This document shows positions 32,916 through 43,007 of a stretch of 64,000 bases of DNA, in pieces; positions within the stretch are counted from its first letter, which is position 1; each line of letters begins with the position of its first letter. The stretch is taken from assembly GCA_948514155.1 (NCBI GenBank), contig CAOQYA010000002.1, forward strand, positions 24,002-88,001, given 5' to 3'. The stretch comes from an uncultured Eubacteriales bacterium. GTDB taxonomy: Bacteria > Bacillota > Clostridia > Christensenellales > UBA1242. The notes beneath the pieces are model-generated. The model saw only the letters and a program-made list of their open reading frames with translations. It searched no databases and was not told the DNA's origin. A program made the translations under genes and the position numbers.

Positions 32916-34502
32916 CTATTTCGCCGTTTCTACAAAGCGGTTTTCGCGGATAACATTAACTTTGATTTGTCCAGGATACTGCATTTCATCTTCTACGCGC
33001 TTTGCAATTTCTTTTGCAAGGAACATTGCGTCGTTGTCCGAAATCTCGTCTGGCTTAACGATAATTCGCACCTCTCTTCCAGCTTGCAGAGCATAGGCTT
33101 TGTCAACACCCTTGAAACTGTTAGAGATTTCTTCAAGTTGTTGCAGACGCTTGATGTATGCGTCAAAACTTTCTCTTCTCGCGCCTGGGCGGCTGGAAGA
33201 AATTGCGTCTGAAATTTGAACGATAATTGCTTCCACTGATTTGAATTCCACATTAAAATGGTGGGCTTCGATACAATGAATAACTGCCGGATTTTCTTTG
33301 TATTTGGTTGCAAGGTCAACACCAATTTGAACATGGGTGCCCTCAATTTCGTGGTCGAGCGCTTTTCCAAGGTCGTGGAGAAGTCCGCCGCGTTTTGCGA
33401 TAACTGGATCTGCGCCAAGCTCTGTTGCAATTTGACCAGCAAGAATTGCTGTCTCGATTGAGTGCTTAAGTGCGTTTTGACCATAACTTGTTCTGAATTT
33501 AAGTCGGCCCAAGATTTTAACAATCTCCGGATGAAGGTTGAAAATGCCAACTTCTTCGCAAGCCTTTTCGCCGGCTTCTTTGATTGCCTTATCTACTTCT
33601 TTGGTCATCTTCTCAACAATTTCTTCAATTCTTGTTGGGTGAATTCTTCCGTCAACAACAAGCTTTTCAAGGCTGAGCCTTGCGATTTCTCTTCTAATTG
33701 GGTCAAATGACGAAACTGTGATGCTTTCCGGAGTGTCGTCAACGATAAGTTCAACGCCGGTCGCGCTCTCGATTGCGCGGATGTTTCTTCCCTCACGGCC
33801 GATAATTCTTCCCTTCATTTCGTCAGTTGGAAGTGGAACAACAGAAACTGTCATTTCTGTGGAAAGGTCGGTCGCGCATTTTTGGATAGCCGAAGCCACG
33901 ATGTTTCTTGCACGCTTGTCGCCCTCTTCCTTAGCCTCGTCTTCAATTCTCTTGATGATTTGGCCTGCCTCTTTCTTGGCATCTTCTGTCATCGAAGAAA
34001 CAAGATTTGCTTTTGCTTCCTGTTTGCTCATGCCGCTAATCTTTTCGAGGCTAGCAAGCATGTCCTCTTTGATTTTTTCTTGCTCTTCAAGTTGTGCAGT
34101 TAATTTTTGTTTGGTCTCATCTATGCGTTTTTTCTCGCTTTCGATTTGCTCACTCTTACGGTCAAGAGAAAGTTCTTTATTTTCAATAAATTTCTCTCTC
34201 TCGGTCAGCCTTTCTTCCGATTTCTGAATTTCATTGCGACGCTCTTTTAATTCGCTTTCAACATCGTCACGATATTTGTGGCTGGCCTCTTTGGCCTCTA
34301 GCGAAGCCTCCTTTTTAATGGTCTTTGCTTCTGCATATGCCTCCTCGATAATGCGAACAGCGTTCGACTTACTTTTACCGAGTTTTTTTGTTGCAATTAA
34401 GATATATAATCCCATTCCGCCGCCAATTCCGACAACGAAACATACGAGTGCAATTACAACGGCAATCGCAGGAGCAATAGCACCGATTATGCTTATGCTC
34501 AT
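32916..34502 (-). CDS. rny: Ribonuclease Y
   Basis: N-terminal TM, coiled coil, KH domain (GRIIGREGRNIR) and HD domain (LLHDLGK). ATG 34502 follows AAGGAG. Confidence 0.95.
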   Translation of the reverse strand: MSISIIGAIAPAIAVVIALVCFVVGIGGGMGLYILIATKKLGKSKSNAVRIIEEAYAEAKTIKKEASLEAKEASHKYRDDVESELKERRNEIQKSEERLTEREKFIENKELSLDRKSEQIESEKKRIDETKQKLTAQLEEQEKIKEDMLASLEKISGMSKQEAKANLVSSMTEDAKKEAGQIIKRIEDEAKEEGDKRARNIVASAIQKCATDLSTEMTVSVVPLPTDEMKGRIIGREGRNIRAIESATGVELIVDDTPESITVSSFDPIRREIARLSLEKLVVDGRIHPTRIEEIVEKMTKEVDKAIKEAGEKACEEVGIFNLHPEIVKILGRLKFRTSYGQNALKHSIETAILAGQIATELGADPVIAKRGGLLHDLGKALDHEIEGTHVQIGVDLATKYKENPAVIHCIEAHHFNVEFKSVEAIIVQISDAISSSRPGARRESFDAYIKRLQQLEEISNSFKGVDKAYALQAGREVRIIVKPDEISDNDAMFLAKEIAKRVEDEMQYPGQIKVNVIRENRFVETAK

Positions 34503-34605
34503 ACTTTTGCTCCTTTTAAAATAATTTGATAGTCGGTTATTCCGCCCTACCTCCAAATTATACCCCATATTCTAAACTAAAGTCAAATGATTTTGTGAAA
34601 GGAGA

Positions 34606-34629
34606 AAATAAAAAAGTGGCTGGGCCACT
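34606..34629 (-). terminator. Terminator after the 329-aa hypothetical gene
   Basis: On the minus strand: AGTGGC-cca-GCCACT followed by a T-run. Confidence 0.7.
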
Positions 34630-34634
34630 TAGAT

Positions 34635-35624
34635 TTATCTGTCAAATGAGGTGCTACCAGGTTTTTTGGTAAGCGAAATTTGCCAGTCGGAGTCCGCAAT
34701 ATCAAAATTGATTGATTTTCCATACTCCATATAGGTTGAGTATTTCTTAAGGCTTTCAGAAATGGCTTCAATATTTGGCTCTATTTCATTGCTGAATGCT
34801 TCTCTCTCCGTTTTGATAAATTGCCCTGGATTTTTAAAAGAGATTTCATCACAATTATAAAGAAGGTTAGATTCAAATTGATTTGTCAAATAGTGGCCTA
34901 ACTCTGTTACGCTCAAATTTCCAGTATATTTTTTACTATCTAGGTAAAGTCCACCAAGAATTATATCGCGAGTTATAGCGAAGTTAAGTTTACTGTCTGC
35001 AAGCCAAACAACTGGTTCCTCTTTAACCCAGTAGCTTTTGCCATATTCCGTTTGTTCTCCGTTAGAAAGTACTGCATTATGATTTGACAAGCATTCAATA
35101 TTAACATAAGTGTTTCCCTTATATGAGAAATGTACGAAAAATCTAGGGTCGTAAAATTGAAAAGTCTCTCTGTTTTGAACGTCGACACTGTCGAATTCAT
35201 AAGCGCCATCTACAATTTCAAGATCATTTTCCCTTTCTGAAAGTTCCTTAGCGATTTCTGGTTCAGCCAGATTTGTTATAAAATTGCCGAGAGTGAAAGT
35301 ATAAACGCCGTTTTTGATTGGTGCTGGGTTTGGAAGATAATCAAGCGATTTAAATTTGATTACAGGTCGTATTCCTGGAACCCTACTTTTAATTGAAAAA
35401 TAACATGCTTCTCCGTTGTTTCCAATGCATACAGTACTCGATTGCGATTTATAAGAAATTGAGCCTGTTCTATATACACAACCTTTATCGTTGTTATTAT
35501 CTAGGGTTCCTACACCTAAGATTTTTGCTGTGTCCGTGGCTTGTGCGCTTGAGCCAAAAAGTTTGTATATTTTAGACTCATATATTTGCCCCATAGTCGG
35601 CAAAGAAAGACTAAAAAATTTCAT
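34635..35624 (-). CDS. Hypothetical protein (N-terminal region resembles DUF6273-type domains)
   Basis: 329 aa. The ...NGEACYFSIKSRVPGIRPVIKF pattern was recalled from memory only. AT-rich relative to the flanking rny and tgt. Confidence 0.4.
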   Translation of the reverse strand: MKFFSLSLPTMGQIYESKIYKLFGSSAQATDTAKILGVGTLDNNNDKGCVYRTGSISYKSQSSTVCIGNNGEACYFSIKSRVPGIRPVIKFKSLDYLPNPAPIKNGVYTFTLGNFITNLAEPEIAKELSERENDLEIVDGAYEFDSVDVQNRETFQFYDPRFFVHFSYKGNTYVNIECLSNHNAVLSNGEQTEYGKSYWVKEEPVVWLADSKLNFAITRDIILGGLYLDSKKYTGNLSVTELGHYLTNQFESNLLYNCDEISFKNPGQFIKTEREAFSNEIEPNIEAISESLKKYSTYMEYGKSINFDIADSDWQISLTKKPGSTSFDR

Positions 35625-35682
35625 TCCTATCTCCTTATGAGATTATATTATCAAAGAGCTGGGTGTTTGTCAATATCTGTTT

Positions 35683-36795
35683 TTAATAGACAAAGTTTTT
35701 TAGGAAGTTATCTTTAAACTCTGGGAAGCGGTCTTCGAGGATCGCTTGGCGGCAATCGGCTGCAAGATGAGTGAGAAAATGCAGATTGTGAATGGAAATA
35801 AGTGTTGCGCCAAGCATTTCGCCGGCGTTCATAAGATGGCGAATGTAAGAGCGCGTGTAATGACGGCAAGCATAGCAATCGCAACCCTCTTCGATTGGGC
35901 GGAAATCTTCCTTATACTTAGCATTTTTTACAACAAGTTTTCCCTCTTTAACGAAAGCTGTGCCGTTTCGCGCAATACGTGTTGGCAGTACGCAGTCCAT
36001 CATGTCAATTCCTCTTGCAAAGCCTTCAACGAGGCAGTCCGGAGAGCCTACACCCATAAGATAGCGTGGCTGGTCGTGTGGGAGAACTGGATGAAGCGTT
36101 TCGAGAATGTCGTACATAACGCTCTTTTCCTCGCCAACAGAAAGTCCGCCGATCGCAATACCGCATTTTGCATATGGAATGCAATCTTTGACACATTTTA
36201 GACGAAGATCTTTGAATACATTCCCTTGAACAATCGGGAAAAGCATTTGCTTAGGGTTCTTTTGATGCTCAAAACATCTTTCGAGCCATATTTTTGTTAG
36301 TCGTTTTGCTTCAACTGCTTCTGCATAAGATGCGCCTGCCTCTGAACAAACGTCAAGTTGCATAACAATATCTGAACCAAGTGCATTTTGAATATCAATG
36401 CATTTTTCAGGCGACATAAATCTTCTCTCTCCGTTTAGGTGTGAAGAAAATTCTACGCCTTCGTCAGTCAACTTGCGAAGTTTGGAAAGCGAAAACACCT
36501 GAAATCCGCCGCTGTCAGTTAGAATTGGTTTATCCCAGTGTATGAATTTATGAAGTCCACCCGCTTTTTTAACAATTTCTTCACCCGGTCGCAAATGTAA
36601 GTGATAGGTGTTTGAGAGAATGATTTGTGCGCCGAGTTCATTTAGCATTTCTGGCGTCACTCCTTTAACAGTTGCTTGTGTTCCAACCGGCATAAAAACA
36701 GGAGTTAAAATGTCGCCGTGCGGCGTGTGGAAAATTCCAGCGCGCGCGCCAGTTTTAGGACATTCTTTGATAAGTTCAAAACTAAATTCTTTCAT
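35683..36795 (-). CDS. tgt: Queuine tRNA-ribosyltransferase (tRNA-guanine transglycosylase)
   Basis: TPVFMPVGT, TDSGGFQVFS, Zn site CDCYAC...H. ATG 36795 follows GAGGT. Confidence 0.95.
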   Translation of the reverse strand: MKEFSFELIKECPKTGARAGIFHTPHGDILTPVFMPVGTQATVKGVTPEMLNELGAQIILSNTYHLHLRPGEEIVKKAGGLHKFIHWDKPILTDSGGFQVFSLSKLRKLTDEGVEFSSHLNGERRFMSPEKCIDIQNALGSDIVMQLDVCSEAGASYAEAVEAKRLTKIWLERCFEHQKNPKQMLFPIVQGNVFKDLRLKCVKDCIPYAKCGIAIGGLSVGEEKSVMYDILETLHPVLPHDQPRYLMGVGSPDCLVEGFARGIDMMDCVLPTRIARNGTAFVKEGKLVVKNAKYKEDFRPIEEGCDCYACRHYTRSYIRHLMNAGEMLGATLISIHNLHFLTHLAADCRQAILEDRFPEFKDNFLKNFVY

Positions 36796-36847
36796 AATAC
36801 CTCTATATCTAGTATGTTTTATTTCGTAATAGCCCACCTATATTGAT

Positions 36848-37873
36848 TTACTTGAAAAGACAAGCGTCGCCGAAACTAAAGAAGCGATATTTTTCTTTCA
36901 CTGCTGTTTCATACACTCGCATTGTCTCGTCCCTGCCGATAAATGCTGAAACAAGCATAATTAGTGTGCTTTCCGGCAAATGGAAGTTTGTTATAAGGCA
37001 GTCAACGGCTTTAAATTTATAGCCAGGATAGATAAAAATTTTTGTTTCCTCTTTCATTGGCATAAATTTACCGTCTTTGCAGCTGCTTTCAAGCACCCTA
37101 ACGCTTGTTGTTCCGACTGCAATAATTCTTCTTCCCTCCGATTTTGCCTTATTTAATATTTCGGCATTCTCTTTGCTCATTTCAAAGAACTCGGAGTGCA
37201 TATCGTGCTTTAAGATGTTATCTTCTTTCACAGGTCTAAACGTGCCAAGGCCAACGTGAAGCACTACTTCAACGATTTGCACACCCATTTTTTTAATTTT
37301 GTCTAGAAGCTCTGGCGTGAAATGCAATCCGGCTGTTGGTGCGGCACTTGAGCCCTCTATTTTAGAGTAAACCGTTTGATAGCGTTCATTATCTTTGAGT
37401 TTTTCTTTGATGTATGGCGGAAGCGGCATATTTCCAACTTCGCTAAGGCGGTGCTCGAACACACCCTCAAACTCGAATTCAACATCCACAAGCCCGTACT
37501 CGCCTATCTTTCTTATGAAGCACCTCAGATGCTCGCTGAATGTGACTTTATCGCCTACTTTCAACCTTTTTGTTGGACGGGCAATGCACTGCCAGTTTTT
37601 TAGGTCTAATCGTTTTTGCAATAAAATCTCAATCTTTGCGCCTGTGTCCTTATAGCCAAAGAGCCTTGCAGGAAGCACGCGTGAGTTGTTGATAACAAGC
37701 ACATCACCTTTTTTGAGATAGTCTGTTATGTCGTGAAAAACCTTATGCTCAATCTTTCCGCTTTCTTTATCGTATACAAGCAGCCGGCTGGAGTCGCGCG
37801 GCTCAAGCGGAGTTTGGGCAATAAGTTCTTCAGGCAAATCATAATAATAAGTTTTTTTATCAAGTAAGTCCAA
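36848..37873 (-). CDS. queA: S-adenosylmethionine:tRNA ribosyltransferase-isomerase
   Basis: YYDLPEELIAQTPLEPRDSSRLLV, AAPTAGLHFT, GTTSVR. Confidence 0.95.
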   Translation of the reverse strand: MDLLDKKTYYYDLPEELIAQTPLEPRDSSRLLVYDKESGKIEHKVFHDITDYLKKGDVLVINNSRVLPARLFGYKDTGAKIEILLQKRLDLKNWQCIARPTKRLKVGDKVTFSEHLRCFIRKIGEYGLVDVEFEFEGVFEHRLSEVGNMPLPPYIKEKLKDNERYQTVYSKIEGSSAAPTAGLHFTPELLDKIKKMGVQIVEVVLHVGLGTFRPVKEDNILKHDMHSEFFEMSKENAEILNKAKSEGRRIIAVGTTSVRVLESSCKDGKFMPMKEETKIFIYPGYKFKAVDCLITNFHLPESTLIMLVSAFIGRDETMRVYETAVKEKYRFFSFGDACLFK

Positions 37874-37895
37874 GTCTTTAACCTTTTAATTTTTC

Positions 37896-37921
37896 TAAAA
37901 GACCCTTGGCTGTGCTCAGGG
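37896..37921 (-). terminator. Probable terminator after ruvB
   Basis: On the minus strand: CCCTGAG-cacag-CCAAGGG (one mismatch), then TCTTTT. A second GC hairpin, ACCCGC/GCGGGT, lies at 37924-37937. Confidence 0.5.
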
Positions 37922-38000
37922 TGACCCGCACGCGGGTTACTTTGGGAAAGTGTCTAGTTACAGACGAAGTCTGCTGAGCTTTAACGAAGAATCTTTTGCA

Positions 38001-39002
38001 TTATTTATTTTGCCCCTGCAAGCCGAGATGTTCGTAGGCCGGAAGCATGGCAACGCGGCCGCGGGGTGTGCGGGAGATAAAGCCAAGTTGAAGAAGATAC
38101 GGTTCGTAAACGTCCTCGATTGTGGATGCATCTTCACTTATGGTTGCAGCAAGAGTTTCCAAGCCAACGGGACCGCCCCCAAATTTGTTTATAATTGAGT
38201 GCAGAATTTTTCTGTCGATGAAGTCGAGGCCAAGGTCGTCGATTTCCATGATGTCGAGTGTTTTATCGGCAATTTGTTTAGTGATTGTTCCACTGCCCTG
38301 CACTTCTGCGTAATCGCGAACGCGTTTCAAAAGTCTGTTTGCAATTCGAGGTGTGCCGCGCGAGCGTTTTGCAATTTCGCGGCTGGCCTCGTCTTCGATT
38401 GCAATATTCAAAATTTTGGCCGAGCGATTAATGATAATTTGCAGTTCCTCCACTGTGTAGAGTTCCAGTCTGCAAATAACTCCAAATCTGTCGCGAAGAG
38501 GATTTGTCAGCATGCCGGCTCTTGTTGTCGCGCCAATGAGAGTGAATGGCTGAATTTTAAGACGCATATTTTTAGCGGACGGGCCCTTGCCGACGATAAA
38601 GTCGAGCGCGAAGTCTTCCATTGCGGGATAGAGAATTTCCTCCACGGTTTTGTGGAGTCTGTGAATTTCGTCGATAAAGAGAACATCATTTTCGTTAAGG
38701 TTTGTGAGAATTGCCGCAAGGTCTGCCGCATGCTCAATTGCCGGGCCGGATGTCACTTTAAGTTGCGAGCCAAGTTCGTTTGCAATAATGTGCGAGAGAG
38801 TGGTTTTTCCAAGCCCCGGCGGCCCATACAAGAGCACATGGTCGAGGCTTTCCTTTCTTGATTTAGCCGCTTGAATGTAGACCGAAAGGCTTTCTTTGAT
38901 TTTGCTCTGCCCCACATATTCGTCTATCGAGGTTGGACGAAGCGAGTTTTCGATTTCCGCATCGGTCAGGTTTTTGGTGCTTGTTATAAATCTGTCTTCC
39001 AT
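38001..39002 (-). CDS. ruvB: Holliday junction DNA helicase RuvB
   Basis: Walker [16 protein letters not shown] and sensor motifs. Confidence 0.97.
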   Translation of the reverse strand: MEDRFITSTKNLTDAEIENSLRPTSIDEYVGQSKIKESLSVYIQAAKSRKESLDHVLLYGPPGLGKTTLSHIIANELGSQLKVTSGPAIEHAADLAAILTNLNENDVLFIDEIHRLHKTVEEILYPAMEDFALDFIVGKGPSAKNMRLKIQPFTLIGATTRAGMLTNPLRDRFGVICRLELYTVEELQIIINRSAKILNIAIEDEASREIAKRSRGTPRIANRLLKRVRDYAEVQGSGTITKQIADKTLDIMEIDDLGLDFIDRKILHSIINKFGGGPVGLETLAATISEDASTIEDVYEPYLLQLGFISRTPRGRVAMLPAYEHLGLQGQNK

Positions 39003-39595
39003 TAACTTCTATACCCCCTAAGCGATTTTGAAATGATTTCTTCCGCAGTTGAATTGGCAGTTGCGTTCGATTTTGCCAGCAGATATGCCTCGTTCTTGTT
39101 TATGCCGAGCGCAATAAGTGTTTCGGTGGCAAGCGAAACGGCATCTTCGTTATATTCAAACGTTGCCGCACTTTCACTCGGTGCAAGGCCAAGCATCGAG
39201 ACCTTATCTTTAAGTTCCAGGCATAGCCTTTCAGCCGTCTTTTTGCCAAGGCCTTTGATTGAGCTTAACATCCTAAGGTCTTCGTTAATGATTGCTTTAA
39301 TAAGTTCCGAAAGCGGCAGCCCTGAAAGAATGCCGATTGCAACTTTGGGGCCGATGCCCGAAACTTGAGTGAGTTTCAAAAACATTTCCTTCTCTTCTTT
39401 TGTGGTGAAGCCAAATAGCGACACGCCGTCCTCGCGCACCGACATGTAAGTGAGCAGTTTAACTCTCTCACCTTCTGCCGGAAGCGAGATAAAACTTGAG
39501 TGCGAAATGCCAAGTTCATAGCCCACGCCGTTCACATCGAGCGACACCATGTTTTCGCTTTTCTCTTCTATTATTCCAACTAAAAATGAAATCAT
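39002..39595 (-). CDS. ruvA: Holliday junction branch-migration protein RuvA
   Basis: MISFLVG...VNGVGYEL and HhH motifs ([17 protein letters not shown]). Confidence 0.95.
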   Translation of the reverse strand: MISFLVGIIEEKSENMVSLDVNGVGYELGISHSSFISLPAEGERVKLLTYMSVREDGVSLFGFTTKEEKEMFLKLTQVSGIGPKVAIGILSGLPLSELIKAIINEDLRMLSSIKGLGKKTAERLCLELKDKVSMLGLAPSESAATFEYNEDAVSLATETLIALGINKNEAYLLAKSNATANSTAEEIISKSLRGYRS

Positions 39596-39604
39596 ATCTT
39601 CTCC

Positions 39605-40093
39605 TTAAAGTTTGTTGGTGTTAAGCATTGGACTTGTTTGCGCGTGAGTGAGTGCCACAGCGAGCGCGTCGGCCGCGTCGTCCGGTTTTGGAATGGCGCT
39701 AAGGCCAAGTATATTTTTAACCATAAACTGAATTTGAGCCTTTTCTGCCCTGCCATGTCCGGTGAGTGCTTGCTTGATTTGCATAGGCGTGTATTCAAAA
39801 ATGTTGCCGCAATATTTTTGCGCCGCAAGCAAAATTACTCCCCTCGCTTCAGCGACAGGAATAACAGTTTTCTGATTTTTGAAATAGAAGAGTTCTTCAA
39901 TAGCAACGGCGTCTGGCTTGTATGTTTCGAAAAGTTCTCTTAAAGCAATTTCGATGTTTGAAAGCCTCACCGCAATGCTATCTTCTTTGGGCGTTGTGAT
40001 AACGCCATAATCAACAACTTGGCGCGCTGCATTTGTGTCGATAATTCCATAGCCGATTATCGCATAACCTGGGTCAATTCCTAAAATTTTCAT
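39605..40093 (-). CDS. ruvC: Crossover junction endodeoxyribonuclease RuvC
   Basis: MKILGIDPGYAIIGYG..., RNase H-like fold, DAADALAVAL. Confidence 0.95.
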   Translation of the reverse strand: MKILGIDPGYAIIGYGIIDTNAARQVVDYGVITTPKEDSIAVRLSNIEIALRELFETYKPDAVAIEELFYFKNQKTVIPVAEARGVILLAAQKYCGNIFEYTPMQIKQALTGHGRAEKAQIQFMVKNILGLSAIPKPDDAADALAVALTHAQTSPMLNTNKL

Positions 40094-40214
40094 GTTTTAA
40101 TTGTAATGTTTTGCAAGAATTTTGTCAAATGAAAACGAGGTGTCAAAAAAAGTTGTTGCGCATTGACAAGTTCTTGATTTTGTGCTAAAATTTACCTAAA
40201 TTAGGGAGTGATAA

Positions 40215-40700
40215 ATGAACAAACAAGAATTTTTGGAAATGCTAGAAAAAGTTAAAATTAGAGAAGGCTTATTAAAAAATGTAGAAAATGCTCAGGCAGT
40301 GCTGAGCAATGCTCAAATGAACCTTAGCGTGGAGATGCACAGAGCCGCTGGAGCGAGATTTAAAACATGTCAACTAAAGGAAAAACTTGCAAAACAAAAA
40401 AGGCCTATTACTCAAAAACAAATAGGTGAACTCATAGCCTGGCAAGAACTTTCTAAAATTGAAACAGACAAAGAAATTGATTTGTGTTTTGCGGAAAACG
40501 ACCTTGTCAAAGCAAAAGAAGAACTTGAGATTTTTGAGCAGGAAGAATTACTCTCCTGTTATGAAGTTGTTGACAAAACTGAAGAAGAGCATTCAAGCGA
40601 AATCACCCCTATCGAAGAAATGGTGAAAGAGGCCGACTGGAACGAAGAAAAGAAAATTGTTAGTATAAAAAAATCTTTTGAAACATTTTTTATCGATTAA
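40215..40700 (+). CDS. Hypothetical acidic coiled-coil protein (161 aa)
   Basis: ORF with GGGAG upstream. No recognisable family. Confidence 0.4.
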   Translation: MNKQEFLEMLEKVKIREGLLKNVENAQAVLSNAQMNLSVEMHRAAGARFKTCQLKEKLAKQKRPITQKQIGELIAWQELSKIETDKEIDLCFAENDLVKAKEELEIFEQEELLSCYEVVDKTEEEHSSEITPIEEMVKEADWNEEKKIVSIKKSFETFFID

Positions 40701-40725
40701 AAAAACGCGTTTGGCGCGTTTTTTT
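40699..40725. terminator. Bidirectional terminator shared by two convergent orphan genes
   Basis: AACGCG-tttgg-CGCGTT with A and T runs. Confidence 0.7.
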
Positions 40726-41113
40726 AATGAAGATATTCCAAACTTTGAACATTGAAAGAGGAAGTTTTTGGAGTTGTTTTCTCTATGTCTGCGTTTAAGA
40801 CAGACATTTCCACATCTGCCAAGTATTTTTTATCAAGCCTATTGAATTGTGCCAGTTCATGAATTTGGCTAACAGCGCTGCATATGCTCAGCACAAAAGT
40901 TTGGCCGCTAAGTTTGTATATATAATCGTTTGAAAACACCTCGTCGCTTGTCACAAGCCTAAAAGTTCGCGCTTGCGGCGATATCGAGATGTTTCGTTTT
41001 AGTTCTATGGCAAAGTGTCTTTCTGGAAGTTCTTGATATGAAACTACTCCGTCCTCGTGCTTAGTTTTTTTCGCTAGTGTAACAATGTAAAGGTCGTTAG
41101 TTTTATAGTTCAT
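40724..41113 (-). CDS. Hypothetical protein (129 aa)
   Basis: ORF immediately downstream of yebC. No recognisable family. Confidence 0.4.
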   Translation of the reverse strand: MNYKTNDLYIVTLAKKTKHEDGVVSYQELPERHFAIELKRNISISPQARTFRLVTSDEVFSNDYIYKLSGQTFVLSICSAVSQIHELAQFNRLDKKYLADVEMSVLNADIEKTTPKTSSFNVQSLEYLH

Positions 41114-41122
41114 ATTCTCCTC

Positions 41123-41863
41123 TTATTCTTCGGCCTCTTCTGGAAGATTTACATTGTGATAAACCTCTTGCACATCGTCGAGGTCTTCCAAAATGCCGAG
41201 CATTTTTGTGAATGTTGCCAGCTTTTGTTCGTCGAGGTCTACATACATGTCCGGCACGAGGCTAACCTCGCTCATGACAACATGATAGCCCGCGTTTTCG
41301 AGAGCGCTCTTTACGCTTTCAGTCTCGTTTGGCTCTGCGATAACTTCAATTTCGTCGTCCTGTTCAATCACATCTTTTGCTCCCGCTTCTAGGGCGTCAA
41401 GCATAAGTGCGTCGCTATCAAGCCCCTCCTCGCGTGGGATAATGATAATTCCCTTTCTCTGGAAAAGATAACTAACGCAGCCCGAAGAGCCAAGTGCTCC
41501 GCCGTGCTTATCAAAAGCATGACGAACATCGCCTGCCGTTCTGTTTTTGTTATCAGTTAAGCAGTCGACAATAACTGCCGAGCCGCCCACGCCATAGCCT
41601 TCATACACGATAGACTCATAGTTAACGCTTCCCAGTTCTCCCGACGCTTTCTTGATACTTCTATCTATGTTGTCGTTTGGCATATTGTTCTGCTTTGCTT
41701 TTGCAACAACAGCGCGAAGTGCTGAGTTAGAGTTAACGTCAGGGCCGCCGAGCTTGACTGCAACAGCGATTTCCCTGCCTATTTTTGTGAATATCTTGCT
41801 TCTTGCAGCGTCGGCTTTGCCTTTCGTTGCTTGAATATTGTGCCATTTTGAGTGACCAGACAT
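41123..41863 (-). CDS. yebC: YebC/PmpR family DNA-binding transcriptional regulator
   Basis: [27 protein letters not shown]... is the canonical YebC N-terminus. Confidence 0.95.
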   Translation of the reverse strand: MSGHSKWHNIQATKGKADAARSKIFTKIGREIAVAVKLGGPDVNSNSALRAVVAKAKQNNMPNDNIDRSIKKASGELGSVNYESIVYEGYGVGGSAVIVDCLTDNKNRTAGDVRHAFDKHGGALGSSGCVSYLFQRKGIIIIPREEGLDSDALMLDALEAGAKDVIEQDDEIEVIAEPNETESVKSALENAGYHVVMSEVSLVPDMYVDLDEQKLATFTKMLGILEDLDDVQEVYHNVNLPEEAEE

Positions 41864-41869
41864 AAAAAC

Positions 41870-42215
41870 CTCCTTGAATTCGCGAAGGACACCAAATTTT
41901 TTAACGCGGACACGCCTAAAGGCTGGCCGCTAAAATTCGGATTTCCCTCGCGGGCTCCCTTCCGCATCACTCGCCGCACCTCGGGTGCTTGCGTCGTGAT
42001 AGATGGGCTAGTCTAACTACGCTCGAAAAGTAAACTTTTCGGCTTTTTGGCCGGGCGAAGCCCTTCCACCAAAAAGTTAGACATACGCTAGATTGGAATT
42101 AGAACTCTCTGCCCTTCCTTCCAAAACCAACTTTTGCGTTTTTTAATTTTAAACTTTTGGTCGGGCACAGCCCTTCCCCTCCAAAACTGGATTTCGCAGA
42201 TTATTGTTAAGAAAG
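41870..42215 (-). repeat. GC-rich structured intergenic element (type 2, long form) abutting the yebC RBS
   Basis: Shared blocks with 56875-57065: TTAACGCGGRCACG, CCGCTA, TTCCCTC, GGGC-NNN-GCCC hairpin units (42044-42075, 42155-42186, half unit 42111-42126) and CTGGATKTCGCA. Confidence 0.7.
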
Positions 42216-42284
42216 TCCGCGATGCTTTCTAATACACTGTCTATTTTATACTGTTTTGTTGAGATTTCAAAGTGATTAGCATGT

Positions 42285-43007
42285 TTAAAGCTTAGTTCTT
42301 CCCAACAAACTCATTACGATAGACCCGCTCACCGCTGCATTCAGGCTTTCAATGCCTTCGTGCATAGGAATTGTTAGCGCAATTTTGGAAATCGCTGTGA
42401 TTTCGTCGCTCACTCCTTGGCCCTCGCTGCCCACAACAATTCCAAGCGGCGTTTTAGGCTTAAATTCGAACACATTTTCGCCTCGCATATCGGTGATTGC
42501 GAGAGTTAAGCCCTCTTTTTTTGCCATTTCGATAAACTCGGAGCGCGAAAGATTGAAAACAGGAATGTTGAACACTGCTCCGGCAGTGCTTCGCACAAGT
42601 TTCGAGTTTGTTTGGCTTACTCCATCTAATATAAACACGCTTTCCATTCCAAAAGCAAGTGCACTTCGAATGAGTGTTCCCGCGTTGCCGGGGTCTTGAA
42701 TTCCGTCAAGCACAAGAAAGTTCCCTTTAGGAATTTCCACAACATGTTGTGTGTATTCTAACATAACAACCACTCCCCGCGGTGTTTTAACATCGGAAAG
42801 CGACTGAATGATATCGAGCGAAGTTAAATATTTTTCGCACTCAACTTCGGGAAGCAGTTCTTCTTTTGTGGCAAGAGCGACAATGGGCCTTGCGCCTTGA
42901 GCGACGGCGTCATTAATGATTTTTTGGTTATCTAAAAAAAGCAAAAAATTGTTTTCTCTTTTTTGCTTTTTAAGTTTTTTAACAAGTTCTCCACTTGCCT
43001 TATTCAC
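42285..43007 (-). CDS. TrmH/SpoU-family RNA 2'-O-methyltransferase
   Basis: SpoU methylase motifs (LDGIQDPGNAGTLIRSA, GSEGQGVS, ESLNAAVS). Confidence 0.85.
   Translation of the reverse strand: MNKASGELVKKLKKQKRENNFLLFLDNQKIINDAVAQGARPIVALATKEELLPEVECEKYLTSLDIIQSLSDVKTPRGVVVMLEYTQHVVEIPKGNFLVLDGIQDPGNAGTLIRSALAFGMESVFILDGVSQTNSKLVRSTAGAVFNIPVFNLSRSEFIEMAKKEGLTLAITDMRGENVFEFKPKTPLGIVVGSEGQGVSDEITAISKIALTIPMHEGIESLNAAVSGSIVMSLLGRTKL

Noticed and set aside
37874-38000. preQ1 riboswitch upstream of queA-tgt
   Set aside because: No preQ1-I or preQ1-II consensus is present (for example the AGAGGTTC...CCCTC...AAAAAACTA pattern). The GC hairpins here are better explained as the ruvB terminator region.
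42044-42186. Kink-turn (L7Ae/YlxQ-binding) interpretation of the GGGGAA / GA internal loops in the GGGC-NNN-GCCC hairpin units
   Set aside because: The 3'-strand GA is not conserved between units (GA, GG, AG), and the bulge length does not fit the C-stem / 3-nt bulge / tandem G-A rule.
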